A program made the translations under genes and the position numbers. Below are positions 20,601-28,409 of a stretch of DNA of 58,923 nt, piece after piece. The notes beneath the pieces were generated by a model. That model had not been told where the DNA came from. It made no database searches and saw only the letters and a list, made by a program, of their open reading frames with translations. Position 1 is the first letter of the stretch, and every line of letters starts with the position of its first letter. The DNA comes from a virus (Duplodnaviria; Caudoviricetes). The stretch spans positions 1 through 58,923 of the IMG/VR virus record IMGVR_UViG_3300046171_000010; one strand, given 5' to 3'.

Positions 20601-20968
20601 TGCAATTCTTTGGTTTTGCCCCAGCGGAATACACCAGACAACTAGCAGAGAATGCTCAACTCAAGAAAATATCTGGTAGGGCTGCTAAACAACGTACTAA
20701 CTTGTTACGTAAATACTACGCAGCCGTGCGAAGTGGCGATACCTCTAGAGCACGTAGCATACGCGAGGATATGAACGAGTTTAATAAAACCTATCCTAGT
20801 GTACGTATTACGCCAGATACAATTAAACGGTCTATGGCGCAGCACATGAGAACGTCAAAAAAGATGCACTATGGCGTGACTATCAACCCAAGGATGATGT
20901 CAGACATGCGCCAAAGCGCGTCTGAGTACGATGATACTTTGACCATATGGGACAACTTGGGGATGTAA
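14657..20968 (+). CDS. Giant internal virion / polyvalent protein with a zincin-like HExxH domain
   Basis: 2103 aa. Contains LHEAIH at 17447-17464, YFPLIREGSY near 18620 and a duplicated ~60-aa TAKFFDD(I/M)GF domain. Confidence 0.75.
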   Translation: MATVAQARKAIEVLEARGDIAGAAAIRRDLSAAGLSASTTDFEAQVAAERQQRREREKQLRQESLERRTELAELERGSLARGIDIGTDIIGQATGSTLEGIGGVLGLEGLEQYGAEVALENEADAQRKARFQTRFDDIGGIGDFGSYLGGIAAESAPQMGATLAGGITGAKLGATLGPIGAGLGALVGGVAASLPFFYGMNRERQKEAIDQGLKTEIDEGAAALTAIPQATLDAILGRLFVGKLGLTNRAVGGGGIFTRGVKGTAAGAVIEAPTELGQQVLERAQAGLPLTSEDAIAEYREAAIAGGLLGGSIRGTATVAGGDVAAREDAQKAKEERDAAARRAEIEATLAEETATETEAAERQAEVERRIREGEPEPAAITRPAPPVVETTTEEDATGLTAKFFDDIGFNEEAEVRKELVGESLTNPATRNALRRAAAKIRSEEKQNVQANLEKAFSEQEIVSETVFEREDQPTETTTQTRAEFEAAVEEAQQEADAAPTTLTAKFFDDMGFGKTAKIRKELTGKDLTDSDVRDELRRAAAKTRSEKKLEIQTNLEEAFKKQEAADDQQRDIPTDTEGESVATGSGAGTAVDLQGVGVTASGQDSVATDALDGTTVGGVGRGVGRPVTGADGQSDTLTEQNVDELQNEFTKLFNIVDRTPEQEAKLLEIISVARAEFAQRQKPPEGTREASLELEEGAATEEQAAIDAETEAEANEILDYIQKRRTEEDEFKPTSAKIAPSLADPNNVRTQQIREFHADRVAEAKEDGVEPPTLAQSRDEFTVQEGLDPNVRRVEGTRYSAVGDAGFVINEDVAAGKMTEQEHVAESDRLLRETKGGTLIDAVKNITRNANNPFERLIATNVSKLMQRMIDMGYKFEYNVQELDYNNVTINGIKGARGLASIRNGAMRVSIARTKDPLALNNGLTHKTVLHEAIHAVTRQLISAGNKRSFPEGTKLRKDVTDLYDLTNAVRRYFKGRLRDVREGRMAEEDLLAVERSILRKNALDNPDEILAWTLTDREVQEFMDTVPYDTRTGDIGTEGKGTITLWEALVNALRKLLNLPPKDNTALNELLRVQNNLLAPDTADIQTAGKLEGLLPRFSQIDDNPALVSRPEKMASQVLDGGLRSVPVLTSKGVQRVRDVVSDSSLADSAKSFALSILSLNGLEMVAKKYVPKISKVRDLVLREGGRLQEIKRPVDATISRISAFAKDNKDKVDVLNRIMPYSSLVGVDPSKDRKTYEEDADKLAEYDAMHAKDGDWTALGEDGQKIYKIVRNTYKGLYDEVAKVIKVRLDATDLDPKKRKNVYDELINKLYKNVTIDPYFPLIREGSYRLEYTATDPKTGQAEYFTESFETKRERREAMAELEAMADEISLKDLQPFEGDTSPSYNNAPSGSFVNNVLGVLSANKVEAGVQDEIIKLFLDTLPERSFAQSFRRREGYRGFVGDPANLRDAKYPSHDMVRALRIRTASVARQIVRMEFGAEFSKVQAELKEDYKTYNKNPDVPEGDKQAARQYLEEIEKRIAFAKNPDVEDWAKNLTTFGFAMTLGLNLSSVLVNFSQIPMVIAPHLASTQGDDGEYFGYSDTLSAIGEAVRLFKNAGKTDENIKYLPFIKRREAPVEAVGPDGTEQTMVPAAPSIDNYDFNAEGIPPEIKEFEILAKVAEEKGQLNRSIMYDTLDMEEIDSVRGKIGAVSGFMFHHGERMTRQVGLAAAFRLKVDSMKRANNNLSKADFKALSAEEKANLKLSEAEYREAADFAIYEVELTNGGTAAASAPRIGQKNIGKVAFLYKRYGVQMMELLYKLGIGSIRGTPAEKAQARRQLAGVFGGSMLVAGAQGLPMYGVAAMVYDMFKGDEDEDFDTVVRKTMGEELFSGMGNAVLGVDVASRMGLSDLVFRDRLIEKDQPFLFDLIETLGGPVVGVSMQMERGYDKAIGQGELARGVEAMSPAAIRNVLKTVRFYEEGARTQRGDAIVDDISAPLLVMQFFGFAPAEYTRQLAENAQLKKISGRAAKQRTNLLRKYYAAVRSGDTSRARSIREDMNEFNKTYPSVRITPDTIKRSMAQHMRTSKKMHYGVTINPRMMSDMRQSASEYDDTLTIWDNLGM

Positions 20969-20993
20969 AAACCCCCCTACCGTAGGAAGGGGT
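20967..20993 (-). terminator. Intrinsic terminator ending the early/replication arm
   Basis: The minus strand reads CCTTCCTA-CGG-TAGGGGGG-TTTTT (stem with G-U pairs) at the convergence of the two arms. Confidence 0.65.
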
Positions 20994-21066
20994 GCTACGG
21001 CAGAGGGGCGGATGGAGATAAGACTCAACAGGAGGAGACCGACTGACCTTATCGGAGCGGATCGTA

Positions 21067-21297
21067 TCACACCAATCTCCAAACACGAACACCTAAAAAC
21101 GCACCTTCTAAGACGCCCTTAGCCCGTATATCCCACTCCATCTCGTCCACGCAGATGCGTTTAACTTGCTGCATAGCCTTATCTGTATCGACGCACGGTA
21201 TGAATACCGAACTGCCTACCACCATAGCTCCCCAATCTACGACGATACGTACCCCATCAGGGTTCAAGTCGCGTGTCTTGAGGGCTATGTCTGCCAC
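21067..21297 (-). CDS. Hypothetical protein
   Basis: Last gene of the - arm; its C-terminal GVRVWR resembles the GVIRVWR of 31950-32228. Confidence 0.7.
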   Translation of the reverse strand: MADIALKTRDLNPDGVRIVVDWGAMVVGSSVFIPCVDTDKAMQQVKRICVDEMEWDIRAKGVLEGAFLGVRVWRLV

Positions 21298-21575
21298 TGT
21301 GGCGCTGTTTTCTTTGCCTTGCCGTCTACTAAACGATAACGGTATGTGATGTTGTACACCGCATGAGCTTTCAGGCCGGTGGTCTTAGCTATCTCTGCAC
21401 GTTTCTTACCCTTGGCGTACAGAGCTAACACCTGCTCTATCTCGTACTGCGAGTACGTCGGCTTCTGCTTTAGGCTTCTGTTGTCGTGCGGAGAGGAAGT
21501 AACGTTCCTAAACTTCTTCCCCAGCTCCGCTGCTTTCTTCTGCGCCTGTATCGCCGCCATGAATGTTGTCGTCAT
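21285..21575 (-). CDS. Putative HTH DNA-binding protein
   Basis: GKKRAEIAKTTGLKAHAVYNI is HTH-like, and GAGGA is the SD. Confidence 0.6.
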   Translation of the reverse strand: MTTTFMAAIQAQKKAAELGKKFRNVTSSPHDNRSLKQKPTYSQYEIEQVLALYAKGKKRAEIAKTTGLKAHAVYNITYRYRLVDGKAKKTAPQWQT

Positions 21576-24477
21576 ATAGGTTGTCCTCGCTCACAGTAGT
21601 TTCTCCAAACAAGTTACAGTCAACAGCTATCACTCGCATGTTGGGTATCATTGACCCTGCATGAGTGCCCTTTCCAAGCCGCATCTGCACACGTTTCCCA
21701 CCCATGCTCTTCATCATGCCTTCCACTAAGGCACTGTAATTCACCTGATGTGTCGCACACCAAGACTTCAAAAACCTCGGTACGACATACGCCTTCTTGG
21801 TGTCTGTCTCATACCGCGCCACTAGCTTACCCTTCGGCAGTGCGTCTGGTATGACGATAGAGTCCAGCCCATTGCCAGAGTTGCTACGTAAGTCATCCGT
21901 GCTCTTGAGTATCAGCACGTTGTTGTAGTTCTCGGTAAGGTAGTCGCTCAATGTCTGCTCGATAGACACGCCCATGTCACCCACCGACTCTAGGTTGTCC
22001 TTCAGTAGCTTCACAACCCACTTGCCAAGTGCTTTCATATCGTAATCAATAAGTCCTAGTTCATTCGCAATGTACGCACCAGCTAGTGTGGTAGCGGCTC
22101 CGGCAGACCAAAAGCGGTTCTCCGCTGTAAGCCCCGCTGCTTTGTCAATTTTACGCTGCATGTGAAAGACTAAGTTCCGCACGTCTTCTAGGTTCTGTAT
22201 GACATATTGAATGTAGATCGGCCCCGCGTGCCCATAGTTTTCTGTTATGGATATATCGAACTTATCGGTCTCTCCCTTCTCCTCCGTGCTATCGAACACA
22301 CGTTGTGCTCTCCACTCCAGTATCCTCTGCGCCTCTGCTTTCGGCGCTTGCTTGTCCGCTGAAATACGTTCAATGACGCTGGCATTACCTGTAGTTACAC
22401 ATGATAAGTGCCACGGTTCCCCACGAGTGCGTTCGAGGTTAGCCCCACCAGCCATACGCCCGCGCTGTTCGCCAGAAGATATTTGATATGCTAAGTCACT
22501 TAGCTGCTCACTTTTCTCATTGGTCAATTCGTCTATGTAGAACGGTAGATTGTGCAGCACCTCTGAACGGTTAAATTTTATCGCGTCGGTATCCTTTGCG
22601 GTTATCATCATGCCCTTCTCAGCACCCCACACCGAACCCGCTACCCGTATAGCTGCTGTTTTACCGCACCCGCTAAGTGGGCTGTGTATGTGTAACGCGC
22701 AAGCCTTTTGAGGCAAGAAGGCCATTAGCGGAGAGCCAAACGCTGTACATACAACGTACTGGTGCATCACAAGTTCAGGCCGCGTGTTGTAGAAATTAGC
22801 CATCTCTTTCCACGCCTCCAACGTACCCCTCGGCTTGAGGTATGGAATTAGTGCGGCGGTAGGTGTGGACGGTGGGTTATGTTCAATACGGTCTGCGTAT
22901 ATCTCTTTGTCCCCTATAACAAAGGCATCCATGTTCTCGTCTACCCAACCGAACTGGCGACGTGCCGTGGCTGCTGTAGAAGTTGCTTGTAATTCGTTTA
23001 CCCAAGTAATCATATATTGCATCAAATCGTTTATTTGAGGGAGGGCGACACCTTGTACCGCCATTTTCTTTCTAAATTCTTCTCGTGAGGTTATCGCCGT
23101 AAGAGGCACTACAAACTCACGCACGCCGTCTTGCGGCAGGTGTATCTTACAAACTACGGACTCACCTTCTTCTACGTCTATCAACCGCTGCGTCACATAC
23201 ACGTCATGGTGGTAAATAACGTGCTCGTCAACTTCTCCGTCTGGACTTATGTCCCTGACGTACACACCGCCGTTCTGACCACGAAAGTACGGGCGTGGAT
23301 AGATAGGTATAACGTGTTGTACAGAAAGATCTTGGTTTTCCAACTTTTCAAGTAGCGTACCTTCAACTGTTTGTAGTTGCTGATCCTGAAGATCATTTGC
23401 ATATGTACCGTCTTCGGTGACCTCTGCCTCGGCAACCTTGCGCCCCAGCACAATCGGTGAACTGATCTTACCCCAGTGCGGACATTCTGTGCAGATGCTG
23501 CCCTCATTCTCGTCGAATGTTGTGCAACGGTACGGGCCTTTTATCAGGTCTAGCTTCTTGAGCGTTAGCTCTGGTGTGTACTCAGCGTGCTGTTCAGATA
23601 TTTTTTGTGCAGCTTTCTCACCGTCCTCGCAGAACTTAGCGATGGACAGACCCGCCCTCCACATAGGTTCACTCGCCTCGGCTTGGCCTTTCACTATGCG
23701 ACTTAACTGTTCGCAGCCAATCCCTTTCTGAGACTTCATAAGAATGTCTTTGAAACTATGTTTATAGTTCTGGATTATCGCGTCACGCAGACTTGCTGGG
23801 CCTTCCGCGTTCGTACGCTTGTAGGGGACTGGTATCGTGTCTATGCCCAGCTTGCTGGCAAAGAAGTCGAAATTAACCGTATCTGGCTTTTCACCTATGA
23901 CCTTCACAGGTGCAGGTGTCTCAGGCTTGTGGTTGTGTGTGCCTACTATACGCAGCACTCGCGCTATGTCGGCGGGGACTGCGGGGTCTATCTCAAGACC
24001 AAACTCCTTGCACTTGCGCTTGAAGTGATCGGCTACCGGCTTCCACTGCTCTACAGGCACGGACTCAGACAAGACCCAGTAGACGTGTATGCCACGCCCA
24101 GAGTTAACGATAAGAGGTTTTGGTAGTTCTAGCGACACGATAAACTCTTGCAGTCTACGTAACGCATCACCTTGTGTGGCAAAGCCTTTGCCTTCGGCTA
24201 CCTTGTCCTCACCGCAGTCTAAATCTAAGAAGAATGACTTTATCTGTTTAGCGTCTTCGCCCTTACGAGTGCCTTCTTCCTTGAAGTTACTCATAGCAAA
24301 GTACATGTCCCACCCTTCACTGTCGTGGTATTCGGCGGCTTCTGCTAGTTCATCTGCTGAATGAAAGTATGTTTGTCGCACTCCACCTGACGCTAGGCCA
24401 TACTGAAGAGCGACATACACACCTTCTGTGGGTAGTACCCACCGTAAAAATTCTCTTGTGTTCATGGTTGCACCCAA
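21508..24477 (-). CDS. Primase-helicase (AEP/RepB-like primase + Cys cluster + DUF927-type helicase)
   Basis: FFLDLDCG, NSGRGIHVYW, C...CxxCPH, Walker A SGCGKT and Walker B YIDE. The start may be the ATG at 24465. Confidence 0.8.
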   Translation of the reverse strand: MGATMNTREFLRWVLPTEGVYVALQYGLASGGVRQTYFHSADELAEAAEYHDSEGWDMYFAMSNFKEEGTRKGEDAKQIKSFFLDLDCGEDKVAEGKGFATQGDALRRLQEFIVSLELPKPLIVNSGRGIHVYWVLSESVPVEQWKPVADHFKRKCKEFGLEIDPAVPADIARVLRIVGTHNHKPETPAPVKVIGEKPDTVNFDFFASKLGIDTIPVPYKRTNAEGPASLRDAIIQNYKHSFKDILMKSQKGIGCEQLSRIVKGQAEASEPMWRAGLSIAKFCEDGEKAAQKISEQHAEYTPELTLKKLDLIKGPYRCTTFDENEGSICTECPHWGKISSPIVLGRKVAEAEVTEDGTYANDLQDQQLQTVEGTLLEKLENQDLSVQHVIPIYPRPYFRGQNGGVYVRDISPDGEVDEHVIYHHDVYVTQRLIDVEEGESVVCKIHLPQDGVREFVVPLTAITSREEFRKKMAVQGVALPQINDLMQYMITWVNELQATSTAATARRQFGWVDENMDAFVIGDKEIYADRIEHNPPSTPTAALIPYLKPRGTLEAWKEMANFYNTRPELVMHQYVVCTAFGSPLMAFLPQKACALHIHSPLSGCGKTAAIRVAGSVWGAEKGMMITAKDTDAIKFNRSEVLHNLPFYIDELTNEKSEQLSDLAYQISSGEQRGRMAGGANLERTRGEPWHLSCVTTGNASVIERISADKQAPKAEAQRILEWRAQRVFDSTEEKGETDKFDISITENYGHAGPIYIQYVIQNLEDVRNLVFHMQRKIDKAAGLTAENRFWSAGAATTLAGAYIANELGLIDYDMKALGKWVVKLLKDNLESVGDMGVSIEQTLSDYLTENYNNVLILKSTDDLRSNSGNGLDSIVIPDALPKGKLVARYETDTKKAYVVPRFLKSWCATHQVNYSALVEGMMKSMGGKRVQMRLGKGTHAGSMIPNMRVIAVDCNLFGETTVSEDNLYDDNIHGGDTGAEESSGAGEEV

Positions 24478-24555
24478 TGCCGAGAGACACTATGGCAGAG
24501 ATGTCGGCGCATCCTCTTCGGTAAAACCTAGCCATAGTGGAGTGATTGCTAGTAG

Positions 24556-25302
24556 TTAGTCGTCCCAACTATCAACAATGGCACTCAGATCGTCGTCATC
24601 TTCCTTGGGTGCGGGGGCAGATTTCTTCACGACCTTCTTGGGTTCCTCCACTTCGGAGGTATCTGGCGCATCGCCAAATATATCGTCAGAGTCATCGTCG
24701 TCTAATGCAACGTCGGTGCTCTTGGTATTGCTAGTGGTATCACTAAACGGGTTATCAGGTTGCGCTACAAAGCCACCTTCCACAACGCCAAAGGGCGAAC
24801 GTGACACCATAGGCTTGTATTCGATCACCTGCACACCGTTCAGACGTAGGCTAACGCCGTTGTCCCGCATAGAGTACGGCACAAAAGTGAAAGCAAGGTT
24901 CACGGTACTGCCGGTAGTTAACTGGAAGTCTGTTGGCAGCTTGTTGTTCTGCGCGTCAACTTGTAGCGGCGGCGTGGTCTTGTCGGTGCCGTAAGCACCC
25001 TTCAGCTTGCATTTGCCGATGTAGTTACCGTCATCGTCCTTCTTGAACGGTAGCGGGAACTTGTCAGGCCAGCTTTTCTCCTTCTTAGCCTTGTAAGCCG
25101 TAGCCATCCCCTTGTACAAGGTCTTAGCTTCCTTCTCAGACATCACGAAAGACATAGAGTATTCCGCACCGTCATCCAGTGGATCACACTTAACAGATGC
25201 ACCGTTCTTACCAGCCTTGTTATCGAACTTGTAAGTGGTGTCGAGTTTTGGGTAGAGGGCTTTTACGCCTTCAATTGTGTAGTACATAAAGTCTTCAGCC
25301 AT
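24556..25302 (-). CDS. Single-stranded DNA-binding protein (T7 gp2.5-like)
   Basis: GVSLRLNGVQVIE motif and an acidic C-terminal tail. Confidence 0.75.
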   Translation of the reverse strand: MAEDFMYYTIEGVKALYPKLDTTYKFDNKAGKNGASVKCDPLDDGAEYSMSFVMSEKEAKTLYKGMATAYKAKKEKSWPDKFPLPFKKDDDGNYIGKCKLKGAYGTDKTTPPLQVDAQNNKLPTDFQLTTGSTVNLAFTFVPYSMRDNGVSLRLNGVQVIEYKPMVSRSPFGVVEGGFVAQPDNPFSDTTSNTKSTDVALDDDDSDDIFGDAPDTSEVEEPKKVVKKSAPAPKEDDDDLSAIVDSWDD

Positions 25303-25966
25303 TTCGGTCTCCTAATTGGCTATTTATATTGAACCCTTCAGTTGCAGCGAAGGGCGAACCTTCGCGGTTGTGTGGAACAATGTCGAAAGCAATAGCTGCT
25401 AACGTGTCATCTGTATCCACTATTCCCCTAACTAAACGTAGTTCCTCTTCTTCTAACGGTCTTTGTGGGTAGAAGAACAGCTTTGGTACGGGGCTACCCG
25501 CATCAAAACTTATCCTCGTCACCACTGCTGCACTGGGCGTTCCATGCCCACTCAAAAACTTAGCGTAAGCCTGTAGAGGCATAGAGCTTCTACCTTGAGC
25601 CTTGCCAAATATGGATGAGGCAGGTACTTGCAGTTGATACACAGTGTCTAACGCCTTCTCTTCAACAATCGCTAGTCGCTGACTAAATCTGCAAGCCCTA
25701 CCCCCTCCAGTGCCAGATCCTCTGATGTTCTGTGAGCAATCAATACATCGCGCACTCTGTCTTCGGTCTGACGGCACATCGGGTGAAGGTCTCTGGGTAT
25801 CACTAGACCAGCATGTAGGCAGACGTTTGACGGTGGGATCGTAAGCATCTTTGTAGTACGAGCGCGATACTGCCGCTGCGTTCACGATGATTACGTCTAC
25901 CGACGACGTGTCTGTCTGAAAGTCTAACCCAGTAAACTTGTTACCCCGTAAACTGACTCGACGCAT
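25295..25966 (-). CDS. Conserved phage replication-module protein with Cys motifs
   Basis: PTCWSSD, CIDC and GRACRFSQRLA motifs; lies between the HTH and SSB genes. Confidence 0.7.
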   Translation of the reverse strand: MRRVSLRGNKFTGLDFQTDTSSVDVIIVNAAAVSRSYYKDAYDPTVKRLPTCWSSDTQRPSPDVPSDRRQSARCIDCSQNIRGSGTGGGRACRFSQRLAIVEEKALDTVYQLQVPASSIFGKAQGRSSMPLQAYAKFLSGHGTPSAAVVTRISFDAGSPVPKLFFYPQRPLEEEELRLVRGIVDTDDTLAAIAFDIVPHNREGSPFAATEGFNINSQLGDRNG

Positions 25967-26217
25967 TACACATCTTCGTCAGGATCAAACGCTGTGGGAT
26001 CAAAGTCATCCACGGTAGTTTCTTCCGCACCTTCTTCGGATGCGGTGCCTTTCAGTAAAGCCTCTGCAATGCTTGCTAAAGCAAACCGCTGAGTTTTACC
26101 TACCTTGATGTACGTATTCTCTGGAATGACCCCATCCCGTACCCATTTACGGGTCGTGGATAATGACACACCAAAGTGCTTCGCAACATCTTCTATTGGA
26201 ACTAACTGCTCCATCAC
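25966..26217 (-). CDS. Excisionase/MerR-like HTH protein
   Basis: IEDVAKHFGVSLSTTRKWVRDGVIP...KVGKTQRF. Confidence 0.8.
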   Translation of the reverse strand: MMEQLVPIEDVAKHFGVSLSTTRKWVRDGVIPENTYIKVGKTQRFALASIAEALLKGTASEEGAEETTVDDFDPTAFDPDEDV

Positions 26218-26624
26218 GCCTTCCTTATGGTCAAAGCGAACTCCGCATCTACGTTTAAGCCCTTCGGCAGAAGGTCTGGGTTTTCTTCTAAGAACTCCCG
26301 TACGTTTTTCTGATTCAGTCGCTTATCCAAGAACTCAGGTACCTTATGCTCCAAGATAAACTCGTGCATGTGTTCCCAGTCGCTAGTCCAATACTTCTGC
26401 TTAACAGTACGGTAAAACGTACCTGCATCAGTCTTGACGCTCTTCATATCGTTCTCTTTTAGATACTCCAGTAGTGCGCTTTTGATTGTGTTTTGCTGAC
26501 TAACTAGCTTGTCATCAGCCTCGTTAAATTCCGTAGATAAGCGTGCCCTTTCTTCCTTGATCTTGAGGTAAGCCCTCATCATCTTGTTCAAAGGCAAACT
26601 ACCTACGCGCTTCGCATCAGCCAT
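26214..26624 (-). CDS. Conserved phage protein
   Basis: Coiled coil plus SVKTDAGTFYR and LPKGLN motifs; GAAGGA SD. Confidence 0.75.
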   Translation of the reverse strand: MADAKRVGSLPLNKMMRAYLKIKEERARLSTEFNEADDKLVSQQNTIKSALLEYLKENDMKSVKTDAGTFYRTVKQKYWTSDWEHMHEFILEHKVPEFLDKRLNQKNVREFLEENPDLLPKGLNVDAEFALTIRKA

Positions 26625-26653
26625 GTTTTCGTCCTTCCATTGCCGAGAACTGC

Positions 26654-26682
26654 AATATAGTAGTAGGTAGTTGTTTAATCAA
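26654..26682 (-). promoter_or_regulatory. Sigma70-type promoter for the SSB/primase block
   Basis: TTGATT-17 nt-TATATT on the - strand, 30 nt upstream of the start at 26624. Confidence 0.6.
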
Positions 26683-28216
26683 GTATTTCTTTGTAAAGAT
26701 CAATAATTTTTGTATGTGTGTCTATTTTGTTATCTAGTAGTGCGTACACACGTTTTTCTATGTGAGATCCTTGTAGCTGTACCACCGTACACTTGTGATC
26801 TTGCCCCGCTCTGTGAATACGTGCGTTGGCTTGAGCATATGTTTCTACCGAACTGGTTGGCCCCCACCACACGATTGTGTTTGCAGCAGTCAGCGTAACG
26901 CCGTGTGCCGCAGCCTGTGGCTGTATGACCAGCACTCGTGGGCTGTCAGTCTCTTGGAACTCTTTGAATATGCGCGTGCGTTCAGTCGCACTGACTGCGC
27001 CGCTGATGACCTCGGTGGGTATCTTGTCTTTGCGTAGCTTCTCGGAAAGTAGCTGTATTGTGTGTTTGAACGGCACGAAGATCAGGACTTTCTTGCTGGA
27101 CTCGTCAATCACCTCACGCAACACCTTGTATCGGTGCTTGATGTCGAACTCCACTACCTCTTTGTCGTCGGTATACACCGCCCCAGAACTGATTTGTAGC
27201 AGCTTGTTCATGTTTACCGCCGCCGTAGCTGCCGTGACTGTCTCTTCAGCAGCTTCCATGACCATGCGGTTCTTCAATTCTTTGTAGTATTTATCTTGCT
27301 GGCGGGTCAGCGGTACCTCGCGAGTTGTGTATATGATGTCAGGTAGATCAAGACACTCTTCCTTGGTGAACCGTATCGCTGGCTGTAAGGCACTGAACAC
27401 TGTCTCCGTGGCGTTGGGCTTAGGCACCCACTTGAAGTTAGTCACTTTGACCATGACCTGATCGCGGAACGAGCCAAAGAAGCGTGGCACAGCCTTCGGG
27501 TTAACGAGTTTAGCCAGCCCGTACGCATCCAACGGACTCTGTGCAGCAGGGGTACCCGTCATCATCCAGAGCCATTTGTCCGGCCCAAGTAGCCTGTTGA
27601 GTGTTTTCCAGCGGTCAGTTTGTGCGTTCTTGTAGTGAGTTGCCTCGTCCACAATCACTAGGTCAAACCCACCGTTGGCTATGGCGTCCGAGACGATTGC
27701 CACACCGTCATAATTTATTATGACAAACTCTGCATCGCCTTCGATTACAGCGGTTCTTTTCTTTGCTGAACCGTGGGCTATATCTACCTTGCGGTGCATG
27801 GCAAAGCTGAACAGATCCTCTCGCCACGCTGAATCCATAATAGATAAGGGGCAGATGACCAGAGCACGCTTGATACGGCCTTGCTTCATCAAGAAGTCTG
27901 CCGCCCAGATAGCACTGGCGGTCTTACCCGTACCCTGTTCGTTGAAGCAGAACGCACGTTTGTTGAGTGTCAGAAACCCAGATGTAGTCTTCTGGTGCTC
28001 AAATGGTTTGTACTTACCCGTCCACTGATACTGCCCTTCGATGGGTGACGGTGCATGGATGTCGAGATTCTTGAGTACATGAGCCTCGTCTACCCCCCAG
28101 TTAACCACCACACGGTTACCTGATAACTCCTTACTCTTTGGTATTACGTCGGTAACTTTTGCTGGATCACGTAGCCGCAGTAGAAGCGCCTTGTTGTCTA
28201 TGACTTTCACTTCCAC
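26675..28216 (-). CDS. SNF2-family (SF2) helicase
   Basis: EQGTGKT, VDEATH, MTGTP, AHGVTL and QANARIHRAGQ motifs. Confidence 0.9.
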   Translation of the reverse strand: MEVKVIDNKALLLRLRDPAKVTDVIPKSKELSGNRVVVNWGVDEAHVLKNLDIHAPSPIEGQYQWTGKYKPFEHQKTTSGFLTLNKRAFCFNEQGTGKTASAIWAADFLMKQGRIKRALVICPLSIMDSAWREDLFSFAMHRKVDIAHGSAKKRTAVIEGDAEFVIINYDGVAIVSDAIANGGFDLVIVDEATHYKNAQTDRWKTLNRLLGPDKWLWMMTGTPAAQSPLDAYGLAKLVNPKAVPRFFGSFRDQVMVKVTNFKWVPKPNATETVFSALQPAIRFTKEECLDLPDIIYTTREVPLTRQQDKYYKELKNRMVMEAAEETVTAATAAVNMNKLLQISSGAVYTDDKEVVEFDIKHRYKVLREVIDESSKKVLIFVPFKHTIQLLSEKLRKDKIPTEVISGAVSATERTRIFKEFQETDSPRVLVIQPQAAAHGVTLTAANTIVWWGPTSSVETYAQANARIHRAGQDHKCTVVQLQGSHIEKRVYALLDNKIDTHTKIIDLYKEILD

Positions 28217-28392
28217 AACTCCATAGACAGATCTATGCCATACTTTTTCAGTTTCTTTCTGGCCCTAGCGATGTCTATATCCGTAAGATCTTCAGGTTCT
28301 TTGTCGTATGATATAGCCACCAGCGCCACCTCATGGATATACTGGATAGCATCTTCTTCGTTTTCAAAATCGTCTTTGTGTTTGACTTTCAT
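28207..28392 (-). CDS. Hypothetical protein
   Basis: AAGGGTG SD; overlaps the helicase start. Confidence 0.6.
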   Translation of the reverse strand: MKVKHKDDFENEEDAIQYIHEVALVAISYDKEPEDLTDIDIARARKKLKKYGIDLSMELWK

Positions 28393-28409
28393 TTATCACC
28401 CTTCATGCA

